Source of the DNA: Macrostomum lignano
Lineage: Eukaryota
Reading direction: 5' to 3'
DNA: 64,000 nt
NCBI GenBank assembly: GCA_002269645.1
Contig: NIVC01002752.1
Span: forward strand, 1-64,000
Shown here: positions 1 to 25,172 of the stretch, in pieces
How positions within the stretch are numbered: the first letter of the stretch is position 1
How the letters are laid out: each line of letters opens with the position of its first letter
Notes under the pieces: generated by a model
The model's database searches: none
Told to the model about the DNA's origin: nothing
The model's input: the letters and a program-made list of their open reading frames with translations, nothing else
Made by a program: the position numbers and the translations under genes

Positions 1-2832
1 TTACTATACTAATTTTCATGGTCATCAAGCTTTTCTAGATTTAGGTCTAGGTTGATTGTTTACTAGGCTATTTAGTACTTGCACTAACGATAGCGTCCGT
101 AGGCCTCCCGGCGGGAAATTTGAGGGCTTTGTGAGCTTTCTTTGTAATTTTGTGTGTCATTCATGCTATATGATTCATGCCGTACATTTCAGACGTGTGC
201 ACTTAAACGCTTACACTAAGCTCACACAGATCAAGCTCTGAACCCACGGCCCATATTTAAATTTTCCGGCAGGCTAATTTTGTATTGCTAGAATTTTTTT
301 TTCGTAAAATCTTTGACTTTTTTGAAGGTGCCTATATGCTAAAAAATCTTTTGTTAAACGACTAAGATCTTTGGTAAATAAGCTATATACGATCATTTTA
401 GGTAAAACATATTGTAAACTTTGTTAATGTTAAATGTTTTTGCAATTGACCATTCTGTCGGGAATATTTTGAAAGCCGCTTTCTCTGTCATTTTTGTTTC
501 AGTGTCGGCGAAGTCCTCGGCGTGATCGTGCGCAGCTGCCATTGCATAAGTTTAGAAGGTCTAGGTTCATTTGTAGACCTAAGAATAGTGAAAGCATAAA
601 TTGATCGTGGTTACATGATACATGTTCTTATTTAAGTTTAAATAAAGCTTAACTCTTTACATAGATCCTTCCTCAACTGAGCATGCCATAGGCCTAGTTA
701 AAAATATAAATGAATAAGGCGGCAAGGCCTGGCCTAGGCTAGCACGCCAGGTGCTCTCAATCTACCCATCCTAGCCATCTATTTATATATTTCATTAATA
801 CATTTGTATCCATTAAAGAAAGATGCGATAATGAATAGGTCTAGGCCTAGCCTTTTGTTTTCTGTATAATAGGCTTATATATTATAGGGGCAATGGCTGA
901 AGTTCTAGCACTGGAACCATTTTTTAAGGGCTATGGATCCGGCAGTCTTCAGCTGACAGTTATCTACTAATGGAGTCTTTGAACATTAGAAGTATATTGT
1001 TTTGAATCTTATCATTTTGTGTGTCAAATGACAAATTTTTTATATTGATGCAAAAACCTAGCATACAAATAAGGTCTCATCATTTTTTCTAGCATTAAAC
1101 CTGGCATACACTAATATACAATCCAAACTATGGTCCCAATATTACTATATTTCCATAGTTCCCATAACTATAGCTAGGCCTATAGTTTTAATTAAAAGTC
1201 TAGGTCTCTAGAAAACAAAATATTTTGAATCAAGAAAATAACTTGGTGCTTAAACAATTGCAAAAGTATAATCTATAAGTTTTTAAGTCTATAATAGTGA
1301 TGGACCAAATGTAGATTTTTGTAAGTTTCCGAAACCAAATCCAAATGTACAAAAAAGATCTGAATCCAAATATCCAAATATGTTTCCAAATGTAAAAGTA
1401 GTAAAAGGTAAATAATAGGAGTAACTATGATACCTTTCAATGATAAAAATGCCTTATCTTCTAATTAGTAATCATATTAGTGGTATACATAAATTTACTA
1501 ACAAGATTCAGTCTATCTTGGGCTTATACTATATCTATCTAGTTTCTGAATTAAATTGAACTTATAATTAAACTTAATTCTTATATATCTAATCTAACTA
1601 ATTTCAATTATTAATACTAGCTGACATATTATGTTCGTGCAATTTGATAAGTTTATTATGTGCATGTGCACATCAAATTCGAAAGTCTTGCATTTGCATT
1701 TTGAAAAAAACAAAATAATGATTACCTAAAAATGCTTTTGCAACTTTAGGTTAAATGCCTCAAAGGTCACAAAGTTGAGTAACTTTACTTAATAACACTT
1801 TAAAAATAGATGCTACTACAAAAATAGACAATTGTAAAAATGAACAATATGGCATTAAATTTTGCATTCTTATTTTTTTATTTTCGTTTGTCAAGTTTGT
1901 ATTTTGTTTACATTTGCATAATTTTGTTCTGGTTTTTATGATTTTTTTCATATTTAGAAGCACATTTAAAAATTTGGAAAATAAAATTTCCAAATCTGAA
2001 ACATTTGGATCCATTAATAGTCTATAGTTTTACTAAAGTATCTTTGTTTTATTCCACTTGTTTCTAATATTTTTTTTTTTTAATTAATAACTATAGCTTT
2101 GGGAATCTATGGAATGTGACAACAACTACCATATTTCTATAGCCATAAGAGTAGCTATCTATTGTAGACATATCCATAGTTGCCACAGGCACCTATAATA
2201 TAATAAAAATATAATTTTATTATATATCATAAAATCTTACAGCCAAAGCTACAGTAGAACACTATCAAAACACCAGTAAGAAAAAAGTCTCCATCCAGGG
2301 AATGACAAAAGTTCACCTAGAATAAAAAAAGCTAAAAGCAATACATTATCTTTTTAATATAGACAATATAAGTTTGCTTATTAAATTTCATTTATTAAAT
2401 GAATCAAATGATTTGTATCCTTTTAATCTTATGGGCTTGTTTTTATTAGATTTATTTTCAATATAATTTTGAGCAAAAATGAAGACAAAAATAAAGTGGT
2501 TGCTAATCTGATAGATCTGCTTCTAAAAATCAAATGGCATTTTTATAGCTTTACAAACTGTTTATGTATTGTTTTACTTTTAAAAAGACAAAGTTATTCA
2601 GTTGCTTTAAAATAATGGCCTTTTGCTTTGATATATAGTTGTTCTATCATTATCTACAGTATTTCTGGTTAAACTAATCTAGTGACTATGAAAATAACAT
2701 AATTTTGTCATTATAATATAATAATCAAATATAGTTGGATATAATGTTAAAATGCTAGATACTAGACTTTTCATCATAGAATAAATCATCAATCTGTTTG
2801 GTTCACTTTTCATGCCAAGTCAATCAGCCACC

Positions 2833-3318
2833 ATGTCTGACAACACTGAATCCCAGGCAACTGTTCCTGATGTTGAAAATGTTAATGAGCAGCCTACAAC
2901 AGACAAGGTTGAGGTTGAAGCTACGCAGGAAAGTGTTGCTAAGGAGACAGAGAAGGAAGCAACTGTTGAATCAAAGACTGAAGAAGAGCCAGCTCAGAAT
3001 GGTGATGCTGAAGCAGCTAAGAATGGTGAAGCTGAGCCTGCTACTGACAATGGCAAGGTGGAAGAGACCACAGAAGCTGAGGATAATAGCGAATCAACCA
3101 CAACTCGAAAGCGCAAGGCCAGCGACAACAATGCAGCTGCCACTGACGCTACTGAGGAGAAGCGTCCAGCTGCTGAAGTCACCGAGGAGGCTGAGGCTGG
3201 TGGTGTTCATCCCGATGCCGATATGCCTCTGCCTGAAGGAGCTGGCGATGCCGAGTCTGCTGGCATCAAGGCTAAGACAGTCGAGGAGGTGCAAGCCGGC
3301 TCGGCGGCTACGGCCTAA
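2833..3318 (+). CDS. Intronless, highly acidic, probably disordered 161-aa protein, prothymosin/parathymosin-like
   Basis: ORF 2812-3318; the second ATG (2833) has a GCCACCATG context and a CAG 5 nt upstream. GC-rich codons in an AT-rich background. Protein is E/D/A/T-rich with no aromatic residues or Cys, starts MSD, has NGD/NGE/NG motifs and basic patches TRKRK and EKRP. Family resemblance is from memory, not a search. Confidence 0.8.
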   Translation: MSDNTESQATVPDVENVNEQPTTDKVEVEATQESVAKETEKEATVESKTEEEPAQNGDAEAAKNGEAEPATDNGKVEETTEAEDNSESTTTRKRKASDNNAAATDATEEKRPAAEVTEEAEAGGVHPDADMPLPEGAGDAESAGIKAKTVEEVQAGSAATA

Positions 3319-4619
3319 ACACCTTCACCTCTAATATCTACCTGTCAGCACGATAAATAAGGATGGCTTTTTATCATTACGTAACTTGTGGCTATGTGTT
3401 TTCTATTGTCTACAATCTCGTTTAATTTTTAAATCGGTTTGCCCTTCACCATTTCCTGTATTATTTCTGAGCAATCTAAGCTCACCAAATTTGCCACTTT
3501 TTCCACTAAACAGGTTTTTAAAGCAGCTGAAAAATCCAATGTTTCTCTATTTTGTGCAATATTTAACTTGCTGTTCAAAATTCAACAAAAGCCTAGGTTA
3601 GTTGGTTTTTTGTTACAGAAAGCTATTTGAGTCCCAACCCTGGTTTTTCAACAGTTCGTTGTCAAATTATGTTTTGGCTGTTTTTGTAACTTTTTCTTCG
3701 TATTTAATAATTAACTGTTATTAATTACTATTAGCTGTACCAGTGAAGTATTTTATAGTCCATAGATTAATGACATTGTAGGTTTGAAGCGACGCAGTGT
3801 TTAAACTATAGCATAATCAACTCTGAAGGTCAGAAGAGCCTCAGTATGCTGTTTTGAGCAGCATACTCGAAAGCTAAAGAAAGCCGTTTTTAGTGTTTAG
3901 ATGTGCCGGCTCTGCGTCCTTTTTATCTACAATATTGTGCTGCTTTTTATATTAGTCATACGATGGCAACTAGCTTATTAATTAATTGTTTTAATTTGTC
4001 TCGCATTTAGATAATATTTATTTATTAATATCGATAATATCAATCAGGTTGAATTTTTAGTAGTTTATAATAATTTAAGCAAATAAGAAAATCAAAACAC
4101 CTGCGAGGCAGTCTTTAAAGTAATGCTTGATTTATTAATATATGGAAAACACTTTAGTTAGGCTAACATATCCATTCGTTCCATTTTCTCGTTTTTTCCG
4201 AACACGAATGCCAATTGCAATCAACAGCTTTTCTTATGTCCACTGCCCACCGGTTCAAATAATTATAATAACTTTTATGTTGTGTTGTTTCCAAGTCTAG
4301 TGAGCAACGAATGGCCACCAGTCCGGATCATTCAAATTATCTCGCATTCAAGTTTTACAATGCTCCTTTTAATGCTTTTTAATAACTTAAAATATTTGTC
4401 ATACTGTTGTTTTTCTAATCTTTGCAACAAAAATACATTTCTAATCGGTTAATTTGAAGTTCTCCCCAAGCTTCTGTTGTTCTTCGCATGTGAAATGTGG
4501 ACTGGGTGTTGGTTTTCAAGTCTTCAATGCAGTTATTTTGGCTTTATGGCATTTCAGTGAAATTAAAACAATTAAAGAAATTACCTGGTATATCAAATAA
4601 TGAAATTAAATAAGAAGTT

Positions 4620-4922
4620 AAGGGGTTGTAGCCTAGTGGTTAGAGCGTCGGACTCACGACCTGAAGGTCGGGGGTTCGATTCCCGACCCACTGGGGAATT
4701 TGTGTCTTATAAAGACACGACTCTGCATTCATTCAGTTCACCCAGCTGTAAAATGGGTGCCAGCATTAGCTAGAGTAATTGAGGGTGTGTGTGGCAACCC
4801 CCCTCCAGTCCTTGGACTGAACAGCCGTACGTAGCCTTCAGATGCTGCAGCAGGCAATAGCTGCGGCTGAGCTGTCGGCTGCACATCTGGCCCAATTGGG
4901 GCAGGTGTAATCAATTATTTTA
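4620..4922 (+). mobile_element. tRNA-derived SINE with CORE-like domain, copy 1
   Basis: A-box-like TAGCCTAGTGG, B-box GGTTCGATTCC, CAGTTCACCCAGCTGTAAAATGGG resembling the MIR/CORE motif, TTA-rich tail. A clearly homologous copy lies at about 59950-60270. Confidence 0.85.
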
Positions 4923-4926
4923 TTAA

Positions 4927-7900
4927 CAGTAGAACTACCAAGAGGGGGGGAAAAATTTTCCCCCCCCCCTGACAATTTTTTTTGCTGCGCCGGAACGGAG
5001 CAACGCAGGCACACGAAATTCAAGAACACGGGCTAACTTCTTGTTGCGCACCTTCTCAAACAAGAATCAAGTCGCCAACCCTCCGGACCGTCGAGATATT
5101 CGACGATTCTGCCAGAAGGTCGGATTTTTCCCATAAGCGCTAGTGTATTCAGTACACCCCTGTGCGCCAATTAGCACTGCGCCTCAGTGCAGCCTTGCCA
5201 AGTCTCCAAATTTCATCAGCACGTCGACCAAATGTGTCTGCATCAGCTCTGACTTCGTTGGTTACTGGCCTTCACCGAGACGGAGCTTCTAGACCTTCAA
5301 CAGGTGGCACCAGGTGACTATGAACACCTTGATGCGAATTTCTCGAGTTTCACCGATCAAGCCTCGACAGTAGGCAAGCCTCAACTGCCGGACACCCTCA
5401 GCTAGTCTCCTGAGCATTCCGTCATCATCCCGACACCGTCGGCTCCTTCAACAGGTGGCATCAGGTGACTATGGACGTCCTTTTGCAACTATGTCAGGTC
5501 TTTCTTATCAAGCTTCAATAATGAGCAAACCTCAACCGACGGACATTGTCAGCTAGTCTCTCAAGCATTCCGTCATCATCCCGACGCCGTCGGCTCCTTC
5601 AACAGATGACACCAAGTGACTATGGACACCCTGATGCGAATTTCTCTAGTTTCGCCGATCAAGCCTCGACAGTAGGCAAGCCTCAACTGCTCGACACCTT
5701 CAGCTAGTCTCCTAAGCATTCCGTCATCATCCCGACGCCGTCGGCTCCTTCAACAGATGACACCAAGTGACTATGGACACCCTGATGCGAATTTCTCTAG
5801 TTTCGCCGATCAAGCCTCGACAGTAGGCAAGCCTCAACTGCTGGACACCCTCAGCTAGTCTCCTGAGCATTCCGTCATCATCCCGACACCGTCGGCTCCT
5901 TCAACAGGTGGCATCAGGTGACTATGGACGTCCTTTTGCAACTATTTCAGGTCTTTCTAATCAAGCTTCAATAATGAGCAAACCTCAACCGACGGACATT
6001 GTCAGCTAGTCTCTCGAGCATTCCGTCATCATCCCGACGCCGTCAGCTCCTTCAACAGATTACACCAGGGACTATGGACAGCCTGATAAGAATTTCTCTA
6101 GTTTCGCCGATCAAGCCTCGACAGTAGGCAAGCCTCAACTGCTCGACACCTTCAGCTAGTCTCCTAAGCATTCCGTCATCATCCCGACGCCGTCGGCTCC
6201 TTCAACAGATGACACCAAGTGACTATGGACACCCTGATGCGAATTTCTCTAGTTTCGCCGATCAAGCCTCGACAGTAGGCAAGCCTCAACTGCTCGACAC
6301 CTTCAGCTAGTCTCCTAAGCATTCCGTCATCATCCCGACGCCGTCGGCTCCTTCAACAGATGACACCAAGTGACTATGGACACCCTGATGCGAATTTCTC
6401 TAGTTTCGCCGATCAAGCCTCGACAGTAGGCAAGCCTCAACTGCTGGACACCCTCAGCTAGTCTCCTGAGCATTCCGTCATCATCCCGACACCGTCGGCT
6501 CCTTCAACAGGTGGCATCAGGTGACTATGGACGTCCTTTTGCAACTATGTCAGGTCTTTCTTATCAAGCTTCAATAATGAGCAAACCTCAACCGACGGAC
6601 ATTGTCAGCTAGTCTCTCAAGCATTCCGTCATCATCCCGACGCCGTCGGCTCCTTCAACAGATGACACCAAGTGACTATGGACACCCTGATGCGAATTTC
6701 TCTAGTTTCGCCGATCAAGCCTCGACAGTAGGCAAGCCTCAACTGCTGGACACCTTCAGCTAGTCTCCTAAGCATTCCGTCATCACCCGACGCCGTCGGC
6801 ACCTTCAACAGGTGGCACCAGGGGAGTAAGGACACCTGAGCGTGATTTTTCATCATGCTCTTAACATTTCTGAAGCTCTCAAAATTTTTAAAGCACGGAA
6901 ATTGCTATAGTTAAGCTTGAACTCATGTTGCTGTATATTTATATTATTATTACACATACTTTTATGCATACGAGCTACATACATATTTTATTCGAAAAGC
7001 TGTTTAGTTTATTCAACTATAATATTGAACCGAATTTTTATGCAGAAAGGGTTATGCTTATAAGAAGCCAGTAAATTCAATCCGTTTTTTTATTTTATAA
7101 TGATTCAGAAATGTTAAGAGCATGATGAAAAATCACGCTCAGGTGTCCTTACTCCCCTGGTGCCACCTGTTGAAGGTGCCGACGGCGTCGGGGTGATGGC
7201 TAAATGCTTGACTGACTAGCTGAGGATGTCCAGCAGTTGATTTTTGCCCACTATCGAGGCTTGATCGGCAAAACTAGAGAAATTCTTATCAGGCTGTCCA
7301 TAGTCCCTGGTGTAATCTGTTGAAGGAGCTGACGGCGTCGGGATGATGACGGAATGCTCGAGAGACTAGCTGACAATGTCCGTCGGTTGAGGTTTGCTCA
7401 TTATTGAAGCTTGATTAGAAAGACCTGAAATAGTTGCAAAAGGACGTCCATAGTCACCTGATGCCACCTGTTGAAGGAGCCGACGGTGTCGGGATGATGA
7501 CGGAATGCTCAGGAGACTAGCTGAGGGTGTCCAGCAGTTGAGGCTTGCCTACTGTCGAGGCTTGATCGGCGAAACTAGAGAAATTCGCATCAGGGTGTCC
7601 ATAGTCACTTGGTGTCATCTGTTGAAGGAGCCGACGGCGTCGGGATGATGACGGAATGCTTAGGAGACTAGCTGAAGGTGTCGAGCAGTTGAGGCTTGCC
7701 TACTGTCGAGGCTTGATCGGCGAAACTAGAGAAATTCGCATCAGGGTGTCCATAGTCACTTGGTGTCATCTGTTGAAGGAGCCGACGGCGTCGGGATGAT
7801 GACGGAATGCTTGAGAGACTAGCTGACAATGTCCGTCGGTTGAGGTTTGCTCATTATTGAAGCTTGATAAGAAAGACCTGACATAGTTGCAAAAGGACGT

Positions 7901-8473
7901 CCATAGTCACCTGATGCCACCTGTTGAAGGAGCCGACGGTGTCGGGATGATGACGGAATGCTCAGGAGACTAGCTGAGGGTGTCCGGCAGTTGAGGCTTG
8001 CCTACTGTCGAGGCTTGATCGGTGAAACTCGAGAAATTCGCATCAAGGTGTTCATAGTCACCTGGTGCCACCTGTTGAAGGTCTAGAAGCTCCGTCTCGG
8101 TGAAGGCCAGTAACCAACGAAGTCAGAGCTGATGCAGACACATTTGGTCGACGTGCTGATGAAATTTGGAGACTTGGCAAGGCTGCACTGAGGCGCAGTG
8201 CTAATTGGCGCACAGGGGTGTACTGAATACACTAGCGCTTATGGGAAAAATCCGACCTTCTGGCAGAATCGTCGAATATCTCGACGGTCCGGAGGGTTGG
8301 CGACTTGATTCTTGTTTGAGAAGGTGCGCAACAAGAAGTTAGCCCGTGTTCTTGAATTTCGTGTGCCTGCGTTGCTCCGTTCCGGCGCAGCAAAAAAAAT
8401 TGTCAGGGGGGGGGAAATTTTCCCCCCCTCTTGGTAGTTCGACGGGCGGAAAAATGGCTTGGTATTCCTACTG
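4927..8473. mobile_element. Foldback-type non-autonomous DNA transposon: long inverted arms containing 151-bp tandem units
   Basis: TTAA|CAGTAG at 4923-4932 and CTACTG|TTAA at 8468-8477. Left arm about 4927-6873 and right arm about 7105-8473 are reverse complements, with a spacer of about 230 bp. Internal unit (CCTTCAACAG...) recurs at 5294, 5445, 5596, 5747, 5898, 6049, 6199 etc. No transposase ORF. Confidence 0.88.
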
Positions 8474-9249
8474 TTAATTAGTCAAATTAAGGATTGCGAC
8501 AAGAATTTAATCAGTTAGTTTATGATCTTCAAAAAGCACGTATATTAAAGTATATTAATTTATTTAAACGTGATTGTGTAAGCCTCTCATATTAACTACA
8601 GAATTGGTTTAGTCATTGCGAAAAAAGCGTTTAAAAATCATTTCTTGTGACAAATAGATTAAAATCTCACTTTGGGATCTTTCGAAAAGAAAATGAGGTC
8701 AAAATATGAACAAAAACAAGAGAGAATGTTGCAAAATTCCATTGCACATTTCGCATACAGGTAGGTATTAAAATCAATAGTTTCAAATAATAATCTTATT
8801 AGTTTCAGGTGCATTTATTCATACTCTCTTATACAAATCCGACTTTGATACAATTTATAAGCAATTGCAATTGGTAACATTCTTAACCAGGGGCTTTTAT
8901 TACAGTCCAGCCATGGGTCACTCCATTCAGCGAATATAATGCTAATTAAGCAAAGTATAGCATATTTATAATACTATACTGAACACTGGGACAATTGTCT
9001 CGATTCGGTACAGAAAGGTCCTGCTAAGCTCCTGAAATGACTAAACAGCATGGCGAAATACGAGTAGTGTAGACTTTTACGAACAACAGTAAAAAACTTT
9101 ATAATGCTCAGATTAACATATAGTTGCAACTCTTTAAATGATGTTCAATTCGTACAGAATGTATATGGGTTTCACAATTAATCTGTCTATGCAGACTAAA
9201 TAAAACTGTAAATTCAGTCTTAAGCGGCCGTCTTGGTCAGGCAGGGTGA

Positions 9250-22090
<12,841 letters not shown>

Positions 22091-22978
22091 CTCGGTTTTA
22101 AAGTTTTATTTTTAGATGCTGGCACAGTCTGAAAAAGTTGAAACCGTTGTTTGATTCATTGATTTCTACTAAAAGTAGCAAGGCTATACGTCGAGAAATG
22201 TAGTTAGAGTCTTGGAAATTTATTATTCAAATTCAACCTGATCAATTAAAGTTAGCGACAAGGACTTCTAGACTAGACTAGTTAGTCTAGAAGTCCTTGG
22301 TTAACGATTGCCAATCGCACCAAAATCATGGTTGTATATGTTTGTTTTTAACTGTATCGAAGATCAATCGTTAGCTACATGAGCAAACAATTTATTGCAT
22401 GGCTTTGACCTTCAACTAATCTCTGCACTTGTTTACTTGTGCACATTGATAGCTAGTGGATCCCAGCTCTCAGCTAAATCCTGAGCTAGCTATAGATCTC
22501 TGCAACTCTCAGCTAGATCCCAGCTCTCAGGAAAGTTCGTAATTCATGGGTCGGCATGTGTCCAACAGCACACGAGGAAACAAGTAAAAATTGTAATCCC
22601 TGAGCACCCCTAATAACAACTTTTATCAACGGAAACTTTTCCTGAGAGCGAATTCGACTTAATCCCTGAGAATCAAAGCCGGGAGATTAGACGACAAGTT
22701 TTTATTTTCCATTTCTAACGCTAAAGTTTTAGCACTTTCGTGAAGGAGCTACGAGTCTTCTTGAAGCGACTTCAGAACTAAGAATGACCAGCCTAACAGA
22801 ATCAGTGTACATAAGGACGTAAATACCTTTAGCTTCGTGGAACCATAAAGTCTACAATATGTATGCGTTCAGAAAAATCTAGGTTTGTTTCCTTTTGTCA
22901 CTATAGAAATTCATGATTTAATTTCAAGACGAAACCATACACAGCTGTTTAAAACTCATTGTGTCTCAACACTTCGCA

Positions 22979-23082
22979 AAGTCAAAATGTCACATCGTCA
23001 AAATGTCACATCGTCAAAATGACACATTGTCAAAATGTCACATCGTCCAAATGTCACATTGTCAAAATGTCACATCGTCAAA
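22979..23082. repeat. Minisatellite, 16-bp unit GTCAAAATGTCACATC, about 6 copies
   Basis: Unit start at 22981 and 22997. Confidence 0.9.
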
Positions 23083-23796
23083 ATCGATTATTATTAATCT
23101 CTAAACTAGATGTCCTATTATTCAGGAATAATCTTTCCTGTCCAGAGTAGTAATATATAATGTAACTATTAGTTAAAGACAATAAAATGCGATTTTGGTG
23201 TTAACGATGACCTTTCGAAGTCTGTAAAGCGAACTCTAACCATGCTTTCCGATTATCTTGGAATTTGAATTGAAAGTAAAAAAAATTGAATCGAACTGCT
23301 ATCGTCGGATTTGGGTTTCTATTGCAGTAATTCGCATAGTTATATAAGACTGTATGAAACCTCAAGTATGGGATAAAAAGATAGAGATTTAACAAGGCAG
23401 AAAGTCTCCCAATGGACTCTCCCAGAGTTCTATCTTATTACTCGCAGTTCAGCTGCCCGGGGGGCAAATGGCCGAGTAAAATGCGCGGAGAAGGCGGTGA
23501 TGACGCGAAAGCTGGGAGTGCCGTGAAGCCCCTGTTGCTGGGGGTGAATTTGCATACAGGGAATCCCGCTGAGCACTGAGGCGAATTAAAACGGAATTTG
23601 GCAGCCCATTGCGCTTTTTCTCTCCTCGAATCTTTTTATATTTTTCCCAGCTATTGAAGCCTTATTAGCTCGTATATCTGAAGGGCTTTGAAAGAAGCAG
23701 GCCCGGCTCTGCGTGCTCAATTTGCTTGAACTGCGCGCAGCTGCGTCAGCACTGATCGAACTACATCAGTTCTACACCAGTGTCCCAGTGTCCACT

Positions 23797-24760
23797 GTGT
23801 CCCATGCAGATGACTCAACAGATAATCTCATAGTGTCCGATGCAGATGACTCAACAGATAATCTCATAGTGTCCCATGCAGATGACTCAACAGATAATCT
23901 CATAGTGTCTCATGGAGATGACTCAACAGATAATCTCACAGTGTCCCATGCAGATGACTCAACAGATAATCTCATAGTGTCCCATGCAGATGACTCAACA
24001 GATAATCTCATAGTGTCCCATGCAGATGACTCAACAGATAATCTCATAGTGTCTCATGGAGATGACTCAACAGATAATCTCACAGTGTCCCATGCAGATG
24101 ACTCAACAGATAATCTCATAGTGTCCCATGCAGATGACTCAACAGATAATCTCATAGTGTCCCATGCAGATGACTCAACAGATAATCTCATAGTGTCCCA
24201 TGCAGATGACTCAACAGATAATCTCATAGTGTCCCATGCAGATGACTCAACAGATAATCTCATAGTGTCCCATGCAGATGACTCAACAGATAATCTCATA
24301 GTGTCCCATGCAGATGACTCAACAGATAATCTCATAGTGTCCGATGCAGATGACTCAACAGATAATCTCATAGTGTCCCATGCAGATGACTCAACAGATA
24401 ATCTCATAGTGTCCGATGCAGATGACTCAACAGATAATCTCATAGTGTCCGATGCAGATGACTCAACAGATAATCTCATAGTGTCCCATGCAGATGACTC
24501 AACAGATAATCTCATAGTGTCCGATGCAGATGATTCAACAGATAATCTCATAGTGTCCGATGCAGATGACTCAACAGATAATCTCATAGTGTCCGATGCA
24601 GATGACTCAACAGATAATCTCATAGTGTCCCATGCAGATGACTCAACAGATAATCTCATAGTGTCCCATGCAGATGACTCAACAGATAATCTCATAGTGT
24701 CCCATGCAGATGACTCAACAGATAATCTCATAGTGTCCCATGCAGATAACTCAACAGATA
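23797..24760. repeat. Minisatellite, 36-bp unit GTGTCCCATGCAGATGACTCAACAGATAATCTCATA, about 27 copies
   Basis: Translates as a (SHADDSTDNLIV)n 12-aa period in the ORF track. Confidence 0.97.
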
Positions 24761-24777
24761 ATCAATCAATAATAACC

Positions 24778-25172
24778 AATCTCCCAGCCTCCCAATCTCC
24801 CAGCCTCCAAATCTCCCAGCCTCCCAATCTCCCAGCCTCACAATCTCACAGCCTCCCAATCCCACAGCCTCCAAATCTCACAGCCTCCCAATCTCCCAGC
24901 CTCACAATCTCACAGCCTCCCAATCTCACAGCCTCCCAATCTCACAGCCTCCAAATCTCACAGCCTCCCAATCTCACAGCCTCCCAATCTCACAGCCTTC
25001 CAATCTCACAGCCTCCCAATCTCACAGCCTCCCAATCTCACAGCCTCCAAATCTCACAGCCTCCCAATCTCACAGCCTCCCAATCTCACAGCCTCCCAAT
25101 CTCACAGCCTCCCAATCTCACAGCCTCCCAATCTCACAGCCTCCCAATCTCACAGCCTCCCAGCCTCCCTAT
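24778..25172. repeat. Minisatellite, 16-bp unit AATCTCACAGCCTCCC
   Basis: The 16-aa period in translation equals 3 x 16 nt. Confidence 0.93.

Noticed and set aside
1-2800. ORFs 56-241 and 1760-2014, and a possible non-coding exon near 503-550
   Set aside because: AT-rich, no homology signal; the acceptor-like site at about 502 alone is insufficient support.
2798-3334. Overlapping 178-aa ORF in another frame
   Set aside because: Shadow frame of the acidic gene: TTG start and K/L/R composition explained by GAA/GAG/GCT codons read off-frame.
4621-4695. tRNA gene
   Set aside because: The tRNA-like head runs into a CORE-like body and TTA tail, and a second copy differs in the anticodon region. 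It is a SINE head; the same applies at 59950.
5294-6830. CRISPR-like or coding tandem array
   Set aside because: Units are full-length 151-bp tandem repeats with no unique spacers, in a eukaryotic context. Not a multiple of 3, and the short ORF 6632-6856 is incidental.
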